From assembly GCA_030141605.1 (NCBI GenBank), contig JAQGDQ010000551.1:80654-144653 (forward strand): a DNA stretch of 64,000 nucleotides, read 5' to 3'. This stretch comes from Tubiluchus corallicola. Taxonomy: Eukaryota > Animalia > Priapulida. Positions 1-14,303 of this stretch are shown here, piece by piece (within the stretch, counting starts at the first letter, position 1; every line of letters begins with the position of its first letter). The notes beneath the pieces are model-generated. The model did no database searches, had not been told where the DNA came from, and worked only from the letters and a program-made list of their open reading frames with translations. Position numbers and translations under genes: made by a program.

Positions 1-277
1 TACATGTGTGACAAGTACAATACATGAGTGACAAGTACAATACATGTGTGACAAGTACAATACATGTGTGACAAGTACAATACATGAGTGACAAGTACAA
101 TACATGTGTGACAAGTACAATACATGTGTGACAAGTACAATACATGAGTGACAAGTACAATACATGTGTGACAAGTACAATACATGTGTGACAAGTACAA
201 TACATGTGTGACAAGTACAATACATGTGTGACAAGTACAATACATGAGTGACAAGTACAATACATGAGTGACAAGAC
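1..277. repeat. 20-bp minisatellite (TACATGWGTGACAAGTACAA)n, ~14 copies, runs off window start
   Basis: Directly visible tandem unit with T/A variant. Confidence 0.97.
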
Positions 278-409
278 AGTAAAAAATGAAATAAAGGAAT
301 ACTACAAAAACAGTGCAAATTAAAACAAAGTAATAATAATAATATAAGTAGAAGATTACGGTAAGAAACACAAAGAACTAAAATAGCTGTTCATAAGTGT
401 TTGTTAAAA

Positions 410-600
410 AGTAAAAATTTGCTAAAATCAACACGACTAGACGATTTCGAATCATTTTCTGTACCCAGCATTTACAGTTGGAGCATCATTCACATAAGGT
501 GGTACTTTATTATAAACTTACAACTCTGTTGCTGAAGAAATGCTTAAAGTAATTAAGTGAGCTTTTATCACTTGTAATTTGAAATGGTGGCCCTTGTAAT
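410..600 (-). mobile_element. Degraded 3' fragment of CR1-type LINE ORF2
   Basis: Minus translation FKHFFSNRVVSL*..VPPYVNDAPTVNA resembles the CR1 C-terminal FFSxRVVxxWNxLP motif; disrupted. Confidence 0.45.
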
Positions 601-1603
601 AGTTGCAAGTGGTGCAATTTTAAAAATATGATACTTGTTTTGTATATATATATATACATACATACAAACATACATACAAACCTATATATACAATATACAT
701 ACATATATATATATACACACATATGAAGCTGAAACTATGCAAGGTGAGTGCGAACTATTCAAAGCTTCGTTGAGTTAAAGGCAAAACAAGTACTATTTTA
801 TTTATTTACTTATTTAATCTGATTTTATTTATTTCAAATTTATTTAAAATTATTTGTAACTCATAAAACACTCAGTATGAGCATTACGGCACATTGTTGC
901 CTATGTTAATGAGTGGAAATGTACCATTTCCCAATTGGTAAAGTTGATTAGGCTAGAACTTCAGTCTTTTTAGTTTCTGAGTAATTCCGTGTTTAAGAAA
1001 TTCATGTTTTCGGTAAAGTTTTTCCTTTCTATTTTGTAACTCACGAGGTCCGCCTCAAGTGCTGTTCACTCCCTCTACGGCTGTAATAGGAAATTAAGAC
1101 GTTCAGTAAAGGGTTAAACCTTCGACTAATTTTATTCTTATTGGTTTATAGAGGAGTGAATCAGAGTGATTATCTTGAATTACAATGATATGTGTGATTA
1201 CTGCAAACCTTGCAAGAAGTATTGGTTACATCAAGATAATCTTTAGTAAAAATATTCAAGGGTGTCTGTCAAGCGATGTCTGTGTTTTGATTTCTGCAGG
1301 ATTTAAACACAAATAAAAACAAAATAAATGAAAAAACAGATTTTGGCATAAATAAAATCGTACGATGTACAGAAGGTGAAGAATGAATTCCCATTTTTCC
1401 TAATCGATGAACATTGCTTTGAGGAATGAGCATGTTTAATTACGTAGTTTGTGAAAAACACGCGTTTTGTTACTGCCTGCATAAGCTGAATAGTTTAGTG
1501 GAATGTTTTGTTGCTTTATGGATAAAAAGTTAAATTTATATTGAATGATAAAAGCGCTTAATAAATACGTTAGATAAAAGAAGACGGAATGGTTCGATAT
1601 ATT

Positions 1604-1764
<161 letters not shown>

Positions 1765-2351
1765 CTTTATTAAAGATATGAACACATATATATATATATA
1801 TATATACAAAAAGGTGCCTCTTTTTGCAGGCTCAGATCAACAATTTACATTTTCATATAACAAATCTTTTAAATATTTCCAGTTTCACACTACGTACAAC
1901 GAATAACATATTATACTTAAATTAGATTTAATTTCAAATGATTCACAAGTATTATACACACAAATTAACTTTACACACCTACATAATTTATTTTTGTATA
2001 CTCGTGCGGAATGTTTCTATATGTAATAAACTAGATAATGCGAAAACGATGGGGCAAAATTTATTGTTTCGAGATAAGCTTAATAAGTTTATTTATCATA
2101 GTTACAACTAAAAAGGTTGAATTACACTATAGAGTAAAATTACAACTTTTTATATTTTAAAATTTTATGGAAGACAGTTTATGAAATTATGTGAAATTAT
2201 GTGAAAATATGGAATTTATATTATGATTTTTTAATGGCGATAAATAAACTTATTAAACTTTTCTTGAAGCAATAAATTTTGTCCCATAGTTTTCGCAACA
2301 TTACAAGTTTACCTTACCTGCTAAACTCTTAATATTTTTGTATTTTTTCAG

Positions 2352-2657
2352 CAAGTGGTCAAGGAGTCGAACGTTTTGACTGTGCGGACGGAACTGTCGG
2401 ATTCGAGAAGATGACTAACATCCAGTTTGCGGGGAACGTGTTGAACTCGTTTGAACTGATGACTATTTCAGATTGCATAGAACGTTGTAGAAGTAACATT
2501 AACTGCTTCTCTATTAACTACGTGTTGGACTTTCAGCCCACTCTGGGTTTCTGCACCATGAATTTTAACGGTGCGCAATCGAATAGAGATTTGCTGTCGG
2601 TGATACCAGACCTGGGAACCGAGGCTGCTTTTTACCTGCAAAAGATTTGCGTTACAG
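2352..2657 (+). CDS. PAN-ZP protein, first visible exon: PAN/Apple domain 1 (signal-peptide exon not found)
   Basis: Acceptor tttttcAG, donor G|GTAGGT, phase 1-1; FDCADG..SDCIERCRSNINCFSINY..GFCTM..YLQKIC PAN cysteine pattern. Confidence 0.88.
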
Positions 2658-2825
2658 GTAGGTTAATCATATTTAGACTGTAAGTTAACTTGGTAAAAAT
2701 TCAATGACTGTAAATGTTAGAAATTTCAGCGGTGGTGCTGAGCTCTTCATCAAGACGGGTGCAAACTTTACGTAAATAACATTATGCATAGTTTTTCGTG
2801 AGTGCTACAAACCGAGAAAAGAGGC

Positions 2826-2826
<1 letters not shown>

Positions 2827-2924
<98 letters not shown>

Positions 2925-3075
2925 GGCAGGCAGGCAGACAGACAGACAGACACACACACACAGAGATAGACACACAAACAGACTGACTGAGTGACGGATA
3001 GACAGACAGACAGACTGACTGACTGACTGACTGACTGACTGACTGACGGATAAACAGACAGACAGACACACACAC

Positions 3076-3107
<32 letters not shown>

Positions 3108-3108
3108 T
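2827..3108. repeat. (CAGA)n/(CTGA)n compound microsatellite
   Basis: Visible. Confidence 0.97.
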
Positions 3109-5549
3109 CATCAAGAGACAATTGTCTAACTGTCTGACAATTCGTTTTTACCTGCAAGATTGTTAGCAATGAACTGCTGTATCTTCTTTTTTCTCTTTTC
3201 TTATATCCTTTAATCGCCTTCGCTATTATATCAGATTACTGAAACTTAGTAAGTGCAAAATCAGTTGGCAATGTTACTTCTTGACCCGAAGGTTTCAATC
3301 AGCAGTCGAGAAAATTAGCAAAGGAATACCTGTCATAAGCTATTACAAAATAAGATTATAAAACAATGTACACGGCAGTATTTTCAAGAAATAGACTACG
3401 TAAAGATTATTACTTAATTTATTTATTTCTTTATCCACAGATAGATTTCTATGGCGTCTGCAAATAATTACATTGTAACCCTGTAATAGCAAAATCATCT
3501 TCTTTCATCAGCCGTTTCAAAATAACTGATAATTTTCGTAAAGATGTTACCTTTTGATATGAAACAAGGAAGTAGAACATAATTGTGAATCACGAAGCAT
3601 GCAAAGCTTTCATGTTATTGTTTGGATTGCGTCATTGTCGCTGTCGCCGGAGCCGATGTTGTTACTGCTCGGGTGCTTTTCGTGAAATGTACCTCATTAT
3701 CTACATGAAAAAGTTAGACAGCCAAATAACTAATTAGTAATCTATCCAACAACCAATGGTATTCTGTTAATTGTTAGCTAATTAAGCAGCCTCTCAATCT
3801 ATCAACCGACAGACTGATAGACCAACCAACCAAATGACCGATCAACATACTAACGGGCCGACTGACGGATCGACCGAACTATTGCTTAAACAAGCAACTA
3901 ACTAACCAACTGACTGACCTTCCGACTTACCGACCAATCAATCAACTAGCCAACAAAACAACAAAAAATCAGCCAGCTGGCAGCCAGCCAACCAAGTAAC
4001 CAATCATTGCAACCGAACATTATAACGTACACATCATCTCTGTAATGGACGTTGGTTGTTGGGACATTAAGCACCGGATGTTGATGATGTTCTCAAACAG
4101 GTGGGTCAACTTGAGACCCATATTTACCGTAATTCATCGTGATTATAATTATCCACTTTTGGCTTCTGCATATTTATGAAGTTGCAGATTAATGAGACGA
4201 GGAAAAATACTAGGTAGCGGTGGTTGTGATGACATGTTAGAGGAAATGAGCCTCTACGGAAAGAGAAATTGAGGGAGTGGTCGCTGGAGAAGACAGACCG
4301 TCAGATAAACGGTGGTTGGCGTATTGGTTGAGTTTCTAGCCGCTCTTATAAAACACATATCCTAGAAATGCTGGAATAGGAACCTAGACCATTTTCTTGT
4401 GGGCAAACACTTCTGCTCTTCGTAGGAATGTCGCTTTCACAAATATCGGAAGAATAAATGAACGAAAGAATGAACGAATAAAAGAACGAATGAGTGAGTG
4501 AACGAACAAAGGGAGGAACGAACGAACGAACGAACGGCTGAATGAATGAATGAATGAGCGAATAAGTGACTGGTGGGTTTGTTTGTTGATTGATTGATTG
4601 ATTGATTTTCCATTTTCAAACCTTATCTTATTAATTTAGTATGCTGAAGAAGAAAAATCGCGTTTTTGTTTTGAAATTCCCTTAAAGGGGGCGCCACCGA
4701 AAACTGTCAATTGTAATACATATGGAAAAAATTGGAAAAATTCTACGTAAGTAATAATCGTTTTGCATGTGTTTTTAACACTGGCGCCTTGAGGCTCACG
4801 GGTGCAAAAACCAATTACTGTTCCATCTGCAAAACATGTCACATTGTCCTAGAAAACGGCATACAGGTGTCAATAACAAACATGCAGCTAATGTTGATTT
4901 CAAGGTCACGTGCAGCCATAACTCACACTCATTCATCATCATTATAATCATTGCTTCTAAGCCATGCTGGATAATGATGGTCCCTGTATAGTGCTTTAAC
5001 TCAAATATAATGACCCCCTGTCTAACGCCGTACCAAAAAATAATAATACTCTTCTGGCTATTTTGCTATAATGTCCGTTTGAAACATTGTATAATAGTGA
5101 TAATAGCATGTATGTTCGTGTAACTAATGGTAAATTAATAGCATCGTCCATGCTTGGTGGTAAAAAAATGTGGGATCATGTATCAAGCCAGCCATTGTCC
5201 AAACTGTTTTTTATTTTTTCTGAATTAAGATATGCTTGACCTGAAATGTAAACATTATTAACAAAATAAACAAATTTACAAAAAATACGGCTTAATTCCA
5301 GCTTTCCTTCATACATTACATTAGCTCTAAACGAATGGGTAATTAATATACGAAATGTGACTTGGTATGCCATCTCCTATTTGAAAGCAGTTAATTTTGA
5401 GTTACTGTTCAGTAACTATTATGGTTTTTTTCATTTTGAAGTTTTCTTTATAAGTAAGCATAGTAGCATTAGCCACCTAAACATAGGATGACAACAGTGG
5501 TGACCGTATGTCTCTCTGTCATTCCGTCTCAACAGTTATATTTGAAAGT

Positions 5550-6148
5550 ATTCTATTCTATTCTATTCTATTCTATTCTATTCTATTCTATTCTATTTTA
5601 TTCTATTCTATTCTATTCTATTCTATTCTATTCTATTCTATTCTATTCTATCCTATTCTACTCTATTCTATTCTATTCTATTCTATTCTATTCTATTCTA
5701 TTCTATTCTATTCTATTCTATTCTATTCTATTCTATTCTATTCTATTCTGTTCTATCCTATTCTATTCTATTCTATTCTATTCTATTCTATTCTATTCTA
5801 TTCTATTCTATTCTATTCTATTCTATTCTATTCTATTCTGTTCTATCCTATTCTACTCTATTATACTCTATTTTACTCTATTCTGTTCTGTTCTGTTCTG
5901 TTCTGTTCTATTCTATTCTATTCTATTCTATTCTATTCTATTCTATTCTATTCTATTCTATTCTATTCTATTCTATTCTATTCTATTCTATTCTGCTGTG
6001 CTCTGCTCTGCTCTGTTCTGTTCTGTCCTGTCCTGTCCTGTCCTGTCCTATTCTATTCTATTCTATTCTATTCTATTCTATTCTATTCTATTCTATTCTA
6101 TTCTATTCTATTCTATTCTATTCTATTCTATTCTATTCATTCTATTCA
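5550..6148. repeat. (TTCTA)n pentanucleotide microsatellite
   Basis: Visible; explains the ORFs at 5488 and 5508. Confidence 0.98.
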
Positions 6149-7619
6149 GACAATATAGCCCAGCGATTCTCGGGAGGTAGTTGCCTAATGTACATTAAAG
6201 AACCTAATATGAACTTATCATTTAAATCGGGTGAATAGGGTACGACGAATTCTTCTCCCGCTGACGTCTTAAATGTCCAGGAGGTGATCCTCAGTATCAA
6301 TGACGTCATCGACAGTGGTAAGATGGCGACCACTAACGTTTTTCTTCAATTCGGAGAGTAGACAAATCATATGAAGGGCGCCAAATGATGCAAATAAGGT
6401 GCGTTCCGTTGGATAACTGGCGGCCAGCATAGACGTATGGAGTGTAGTCCTGGTGGAAAATCTTTCTACGCTTTTAGCTTCAAACGTCTATTCGGGGAGT
6501 TGAATTACGAGCAAATTTTTTGAGAACTGTATTTTGCATAGCTTGTCCTCTTGTACCTTGGACCAAGCACTTCTCAGGCAGGTTCTACGTCACCTTTCAA
6601 TGTTGTTTAGGCCCTGCAGAACTGCCGTTCTTTTATTTTTAGGTTACTCGCTTGCGGAGTAACTCTGTTAAGAGGTCTGCTTCGCCGTGATTATAGGTTT
6701 TATGTAAACCAGTTTTAATATTGTAACGTCACAAGTTACTCCGTATTCTATATTTTTACGAAAAAACGGATTCATGATAACGGTAAATGGTGCTCTAAGT
6801 AACATAAGCAGACAGTTGGGAGGAAAAATTCAATAACCTAGTAATTCAATGCTTTATATGTCGGCGCGGTTTTTTTTTAGAAAATCAGGGGCCTAACACC
6901 GTGTCTGTGTTTCGTACTCAGTAACTCACCTGCATGAGGGGTAATATTTTCACGATCACTGTTTCTTGAATTAATAAATCTTGATAAATAGGTGATTATT
7001 CTGTTTTAAATTTATGACTTTTGTCGCAATAATGATTTTTCGTTTCGAACCAATGAGTTCCATCGAGGTCACCTTAAAGATGATTAGACTTTAATCTTAA
7101 ATTTATTAAATCAGAATATCGCTTTTATAATACAGAAAGTTTCTGGGAAAATTGGGCTCTTTAATAATTTTACAGTTGACGAAGTTCGTTTAACGTTGGA
7201 TTTATGGGTTTCTTGATTTTCAAAATTCAATGAATAATAATTATTAATGGTAATTTATTAAGTTGTAGAAATATAAGATTGAATCTGTCAGACAGATAGA
7301 CATAAAATTTGACCACTAGTCACGTTGATTGAACGCCGCTTACAGTTAAAATGCAGTCATTGTGCCTGCAAAATCCAAAAACTTTTCTTTTGATGCAGAT
7401 GTGTGGTCAATATTGTTAATATTGTTAATTGTTAATATTTTTTATTGACCACACCTATCCAATTAACAATTAGGTGCTAATTTGCACATGGCATTGGAAA
7501 TGAACAAAAGATAAAAAAACACAAACTGTGAAAATGAAAAAACGATCATGCAATGAAAGGGAGGCATACTATGCCAGTAAATATATTTTTGAATCTGGCA
7601 CGAAATGTACGGATCGCTA

Positions 7620-7727
7620 GTTGTTGTTCTGGTTGTTGTTGTCGTTGTCGTTGTCGTTGTCGTTATCGTTGTCGTTGTCGTCGTCGTTGTTGTTGTTGTT
7701 GTTGTCGTTGTTGTCGTTGTTGTCGTT

Positions 7728-7759
<32 letters not shown>

Positions 7760-7770
7760 CGTCGTCGTCA

Positions 7771-7807
<37 letters not shown>

Positions 7808-7859
7808 CGTTGTCGTTGTCATTGTCGATGTCGTTGTTGTTGTTGTCGTTGTCGTTGTC

Positions 7860-7912
<53 letters not shown>

Positions 7913-7925
7913 CGTTGTTGTCGTT

Positions 7926-7980
<55 letters not shown>

Positions 7981-7991
7981 TTGTCGTCGTT

Positions 7992-8028
<37 letters not shown>

Positions 8029-8066
8029 TCATTGTTGTTGTTGTTGTTGTTGTCGTTGTTGTCGTT

Positions 8067-8102
<36 letters not shown>

Positions 8103-8181
8103 ATTGTCATTGTCGTTGTCGTTGTCATTATCATTGTCGTTGTCGTTGTCGTTGTCGCTGTCGTCGTCGTTGTTGTTGTTG
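7620..8181. repeat. (GTT/GTC)n microsatellite
   Basis: Visible. Confidence 0.97.
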
Positions 8182-8803
8182 ACCTTTTTGTGCTTTTGTT
8201 GTTTCTTCCAGAGTAGATATCATAATTACTGTAGATCCAGTTTTAATTCTTGAACTGCACATTTCCAAGCTGAAACATCCCAGCGTAAAATAAGAGACGA
8301 TTTGAGATACAATTATTGTGAATTATGAATTTATTCCACAGCAACACAAACACACATATAAATTGTTATTACACTGAAAAAAAATTATAAACTAAGCGAG
8401 TTACTGTGAGGAGGAGGAAGGAGCATTGAGCTTTCGAGTCCTCCTCCAGTTAAGTGGAACAATTGACAATTAACATTACATAGTATTTTCATCAGTTATA
8501 ACGTAGATTAGAACAAAGTAAGTTTTGTTAGTAACTTAAGATCAGGATGAGTAAAATTGTGTCGTAATTGGATGATATAAAAATGGTGTCGTAATACATT
8601 TAAGAAATGCTTAACAGCGTTACAAAATCACCCTTTGTAAGCAAATCAACTGAATCGTTGAACTTTTGTAAAACATTAGAAATCAGCCAGTCGCGTCACT
8701 GCATAGAGTAATTTTGCATGGATGTGACAAGGCCAGTTTCTTGTCATTTGACAAATTACATGCAAGACGAACTACTTTCTGCATGTTGCTATATTGCTCA
8801 TTT

Positions 8804-9232
<429 letters not shown>

Positions 9233-9660
9233 TGTCGTTGCAGAGTTGCAGTCAATGACATCATTATTGTTCTCATTGTCTCGTTCTCGGACGTTTTTCA
9301 AACCGAAGATCCTGTTATCACTGCATTGTTACTACAGTCACGTCTGCATTCCCAACATTCGAGTGCAGTCCCAAGGCAGGTTCACCATTTTAATGGATAT
9401 TAAAGTCAATGCGGCCGTCGTAAAAACTTTCGGTTTGGATTTTTGGGTTCGACAGATAATGATGCAAAATAATATAACCGTTGAGGTGTAAGATGTGTTG
9501 CTGTTAATTAGATTTTACCAATTCTGATTAAGCCTGGATGTTATCTCTACCCTTTTTCTATCTGCTAACTTATTTTGCTATGTACTTTTGATTTTTTCCT
9601 ATATTACAAGAAATAAATAAATTTATCTGAATCTGATCGCACTTAGTACCCTGTATAAAT

Positions 9661-9935
9661 GTGCTACTGTAAGATACTCAGTGTTGTACTAAAACCAGAC
9701 AAGTTTTAAGATAAAAATTCAAATTTCAAATTTACCGCTGTACACACGCATGAGCTGTCGAACGTGTGCAGTTCGTCACAAAGTAACACATCTGAGCTGA
9801 GAGGTACTGCACTTGTTTTTGTGCAACGCGTTTCCAAAATGCAGGTTCTACTGCCCGTCTAACTAGCGAATGACGAAATGCATGTAACAGCAAAGAACTA
9901 GAGGCGCGAACGTAAAATTGTGTTTGAGTAGTATT
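9661..9935. repeat. Unclassified ~280-bp interspersed repeat (second copy at 53799..54070)
   Basis: Shared GTGCTACTGTAAGATA..TGTACTAAAAC..GAGAGGTAC..GTGCAACGCG..AATTGTGTTTG in the same orientation. Confidence 0.85.
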
Positions 9936-10426
9936 CATGATTTTTTCGTGTATTACAAGAAATAAATAAATTTATCTGAATCTAACCGCATTTAGTACCC
10001 TCTTGCTTACTGTAGCATCATCCAACGTTTGAGCAGGTGTTGCTACATTATCTATTTAAAATTAATTAAATTCGAATTCTGCTGTGAATTTGCTGCAGTG
10101 GCCATTGCGCAAATTAATGAGCAGATGAGATTTATTTGACACGAGACGTCGATTTCAGAGGAAAAACCGGTTCGGGTTCAGCGTGTTTAATTTTTCCTTT
10201 ACTGTCCTGTGTGTCATGCGACGCTTTTGTCTATTGTCATTTGTGAAAAGTGAATTTGGTGACACCTGGCGGGGCGCATTCACAAATGCAAATTCCGCCA
10301 ATGAAGCAAATTTTAGCCACAGATACTGCCCTAGTGCACCTGGTTAATTGCTACGTTGTATTTTAATAATAATCTAATAGAGGAACAAAATGAAAAAAAC
10401 GTAATTTACATTATCTAGCAGTGAGT

Positions 10427-10617
10427 TACTTCACTTCATTTCACTTCACTTCACCTCACCTTACTTCACTTCACTTCGCCTCACTTCAATTCACTTCACC
10501 TCACCTTACTTCATTTCATTTCACTTCACTTCACTTCACCTCACCTCACCTTACTTCACTTCACTTCGCCTTACTTCAATTCACTCCACCTCACCTTACT
10601 TCACTTCAATTCACTCC
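10427..10617. repeat. (CACTT)n degenerate microsatellite
   Basis: Visible. Confidence 0.92.
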
Positions 10618-12963
10618 TTATCTCAGCACACTGTACGGTCTGTAGCCTATAATTTTGCCTCTTCTTCATTGTGGATCTTGTATCTCACAACACTGTCTTT
10701 AATTATTCTCATTTTCCTTACTGAAATAAATGCTATAGTTATTCTTATTATATTTAAGCAACTGAAGGTTATAATCTAAAACATATCTTGTAGAAAATTC
10801 AACGTGCCTAGCAAAATAACCAATTTATTATATTGTGACTGTTCATACAAGTTACATAAATTTTTAGGAAACTTATTTCAAATTGTTTATTGGGGCAAGA
10901 AATTTTAACAGCTACAGTAAACTAGGAGAGAAGATTGAAATTTTAAACTTTCTTGACATCTGCTGATAAAATCACTTTCGTTTTATAATCACCCATCTTG
11001 TACTTTATCAGTCTCCTATCCTGCCAAGAGGGCTGGCTGAGCACTTTATCACTTGTAGGAGGTTCTTGCCCCTCTATTTCTACTCAGTATTCGTTTTGGT
11101 CGACCTCTTTTTAGCGAAAGATTTCAACGCTTTTTAAAGAAAACCCACCTCCTCCTTTTCAAACTGGAAACATTTCGTGCTGTTGCTGTTTTTCACGTCA
11201 ATTAAGCACAAAATTGCCAAATTTGGTGTTCATCCGTGAAAAGCTAGGATATTCAGCAGCCAGGGCGGATCGAACGCTGGGTAGCAAGTGATAACAACCC
11301 CTCATAACTGGAAAAAAGTGGAAAAAATTGACACCTACAGGAGAGCAAGAATGGTACGACACGCATTATTCTCCAACTCTTCTTCCTTTTTAAGTTTTGT
11401 TTGCATTGTGCCACCAGACGTAGGCAGGCATGGGGTGGTCTCTTTGCCACAAATACGTATTTACGGCTTTATAATCTGGTTTTTTGTTCCTCAGTATAAG
11501 AACCGAGTATAAGAACTTAACCTCACAATGGCTATCACTGTTTGCAGTGCCCTTCCTGTCCTTGGTAAATGTATACCATGCGCCAAGGAATGTGGACTTG
11601 CCCGGCTTAGTAACCAAACTTATAAACAGCAACAAGAAAACCCAAGTTTATAAAAACTGGACGAACACACGTGTGACTGGTCGTACGCAAACATTTTTAA
11701 TTGATAAATATAAATTTGATTTAAAATTGAATATTCCGGAACAGGACATGTTTGCTAAAAGTTAAGAAAGAAAAAGGGAATATACAGGCATAGAACTAAG
11801 AGCTCTCTTTACAGATACTACTATATTCTCTTATTTGCTATAGTTACAAATTGGTAATACCATTTAACAATTAAGTCTACCATTAAGTCTATGCTTGGCC
11901 ACCGTTAACAGTCTAGTAAGAAATAGCAATAAAGAACTCTAGCTACAATTCAGAGCTTATTATTCATTGTGAAAGACTACTTTTGCATAACCATTTTTTG
12001 TAAACCTCGTTTGCAAGCAATAAGAACCGAGCAATTCAGAGAAAAATTTAATTTTTTAATTTTTTTAAGAAAGTGGCGGGTGTCGCAAGTTAAAATCCCT
12101 TTATTATCATCAGCTACTAATAGAGATCGTTCAGAGATGTTCACCGTCTTACTCAGCGCGTTTAAACTGGAAACATTTCGTGTTGCTACAGTTTTTCCTA
12201 TTGTTGTAACGTTTCGTCTATCCACACATATTTAACATTTCTTCCAAGCAAGAGTGTCAATGGGCTTAAATCTTGTCAATAGCTGCACGGCGACAATGCG
12301 CACAATTTTGGTTTTAAAATGGTTTTTCTATTTTCGTACTGCACCAAAGTACATGGAACTGCCTTGCCCTGCATATTCGTAAATCATTCAGCTCAAGGAT
12401 TCCTAACTCGTTCAAAACGACAATCACACGGTCAATAACTGACGCAATTAACTCTTTACAAGTCAAAATATACAATGTTTGCTCTCATTTGTTAAACAGC
12501 TAAAAACGTTTTTCGCTTTGTAGTCTCACCTTCATCTACGTAGAAAATTTGAAGTAGACACACGACCAATTACTTACAAAGTCATCAAGAGCTAAACGCT
12601 CTGCATTACAGAATACCGTATCTGCGACATATGTCAACAATAATGTAGCAATAACAAATGTGTCAGTAATTTCACTACCTACAAACGGGGTGCCTGAGCC
12701 TAGGGCCATTCTCATACACGTAAATACGTTGTTTAAAACATATTAATCAGCTATACATAGGCGTATGGGTTAGTTCTCTGCATAAACTATTATTCCTTTG
12801 CTACTAAAGACTGAGAAGTCTACCTTTTCTCGTGTCAGAGAATTCAAGTTCCTTCTGCTCATCCTTCGTTTGATAGTTTAGCTTCTATTAATAGACCGTC
12901 TAGTTTGGCGAAAGAAACTGTTTTTGATCAACACATAACTTTGAACAATACCAGTGTGTGAGT

Positions 12964-13463
12964 TGGTTGGTTGGCATCCTTCTGTCTCGGAAGACAATGG
13001 AGTGTGCGCAAAGAGAGTCAGTTATTGATCACATTGGTCGACTGTGGCTGAGCAGTGCGATCCTTGAACGTCTCCAGGGCGCACGCCTGGGCAAGGTGTA
13101 TGGAGACCCTGATTTGCCCGGACAACAGGAACCCCCTCTCTTCCTCCCTGGTGTAGTCCAAAGGAAAGCGGAGCGATACGTTTGGCACCAGATTTGGCTG
13201 CAGGAGCTGCCAGAGTCAGTGAACATGCTGCACTGGTCCGCCTTCGGGGCTCCACTCCTGATTTGGAAGGTTTACTCCTCTACACATGGCCGTTGGGTCA
13301 CTTGACCTCCTCCGCCCTCTAGCCGTTGGCTGCTTGTGCAGCTCCTCCTCCTACAGCACCTGGTATTCCTAGGCGGTCACCCATCCAAGTACTAAACAGG
13401 CTCTACGTTGCTTAACTTCGGTGATCAGACGAGAACCGGTGTTTTCAACGCGATTTGGCCGTG
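12964..13463 (-). mobile_element. 5S-rRNA-derived SINE (SINE3 type) with GC-rich body and RTE-like 3' tail
   Basis: 5S head without an oligo-T terminator, ~385-bp GC-rich body ending GTCTTCCGAGACAGAAGGATGCC(AACC)n; imperfect 12-bp flanking direct repeats. Confidence 0.75.
13349..13463 (-). pseudogene. 5S rRNA-like sequence (SINE head)
   Basis: Reverse complement ACGGCCA..CACCGGTTCTCGTCTGATCACCGAAGTTAAGCAACG..TAGTACTTGGATGGGTGACCGCCTAGGAATACCAGGTGCTGTAGG matches metazoan 5S rRNA including box A and box C. Confidence 0.9.
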
Positions 13464-14042
13464 CAGTATTTGAGTACATACAGAATTAACTACTACTGTA
13501 TATTCTTAACGACCAAAATATGGATCGAAATAATTTTAGTGTTCACGATTTTCTCTGTTCCAAGCATCGGGTGGCGCCGGTATTACACATTCTTCCTGAT
13601 TGTAAATGTTATTAGAATAAATATGACAGACCTTCTACACTAGAGCAAAAGGAGGTTGCATAGTTTGTAATACACGTATAAACAAGTTTTGAGATGTCCC
13701 GGAACATTTTCTTTAAATTTGAACATGTCCATAATGGTAACGATGGCGATGGTGACGACAAAGAGGACGACTACAACGATGACGGCGATAATGATGACGA
13801 TGACGCGTGTGATAACGATAGTGACATGGTTAAAACGAATTATCAATATAGCAACGCTATTAAGTATTAACCTTAGTATAAAAAGTACTTAATTCAATTA
13901 TTACTATTATACATTATATTTGTAGAATCGTTTTGAAAAAGGAATTTACTCCAGTTGACCGGAATTTTCTCTTCATATTCCCATAATAAATCTTGGTTCA
14001 TTCGTCTGTTCGAATAATCGATTTCTAATTTTCGATTTATAG

Positions 14043-14303
14043 GCGTTGAGATCTGTAATCGACCTTGGATCTTCGATACGGTTCTAGACAAAGGGTTAGA
14101 AGTTGTGGACAAGACGGTGAATGCAGCCAGCAGGATGGCCTGCCAGGAAGCCTGTCTAATGGAATCAGATTTTACCTGCAGATCAGCGTCCTACAACGTG
14201 GTAGAGCAAGAATGCACCTTGAGCCGATACGACAGACATTCCAGACCAGAGACATACAGTGAGCAAGAGGGCATCGATTACATGGAGAATCATTGCTTGT
14301 CAT
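14043..14303 (+). CDS. PAN-ZP exon 2: PAN domain 2
   Basis: AG/GTAAGG, phase 1-1; EICNRPWIF..ACQEACLMESDFTCRSASYN..ECTLSRYDR..DYMENHC. Confidence 0.93.

Noticed and set aside
1-277. Regular 20-bp repeats as a CRISPR array
   Set aside because: No unique spacers, no cas genes, eukaryotic context
723-743. ATG AAG CTG AAA CTA TGC AAG|GTGAGT as first coding exon of the PAN-ZP gene
   Set aside because: The donor is phase 0 but the next exon needs phase 1, and there is no hydrophobic signal peptide
12958-13305. 115-aa ORF in a GC-rich island
   Set aside because: Antisense to the SINE body; no recognisable domain
13349-13463. Functional 5S rRNA gene
   Set aside because: Solitary, 5' end altered, substitutions in stems, no oligo-T terminator, fused to a retroposon-like tail
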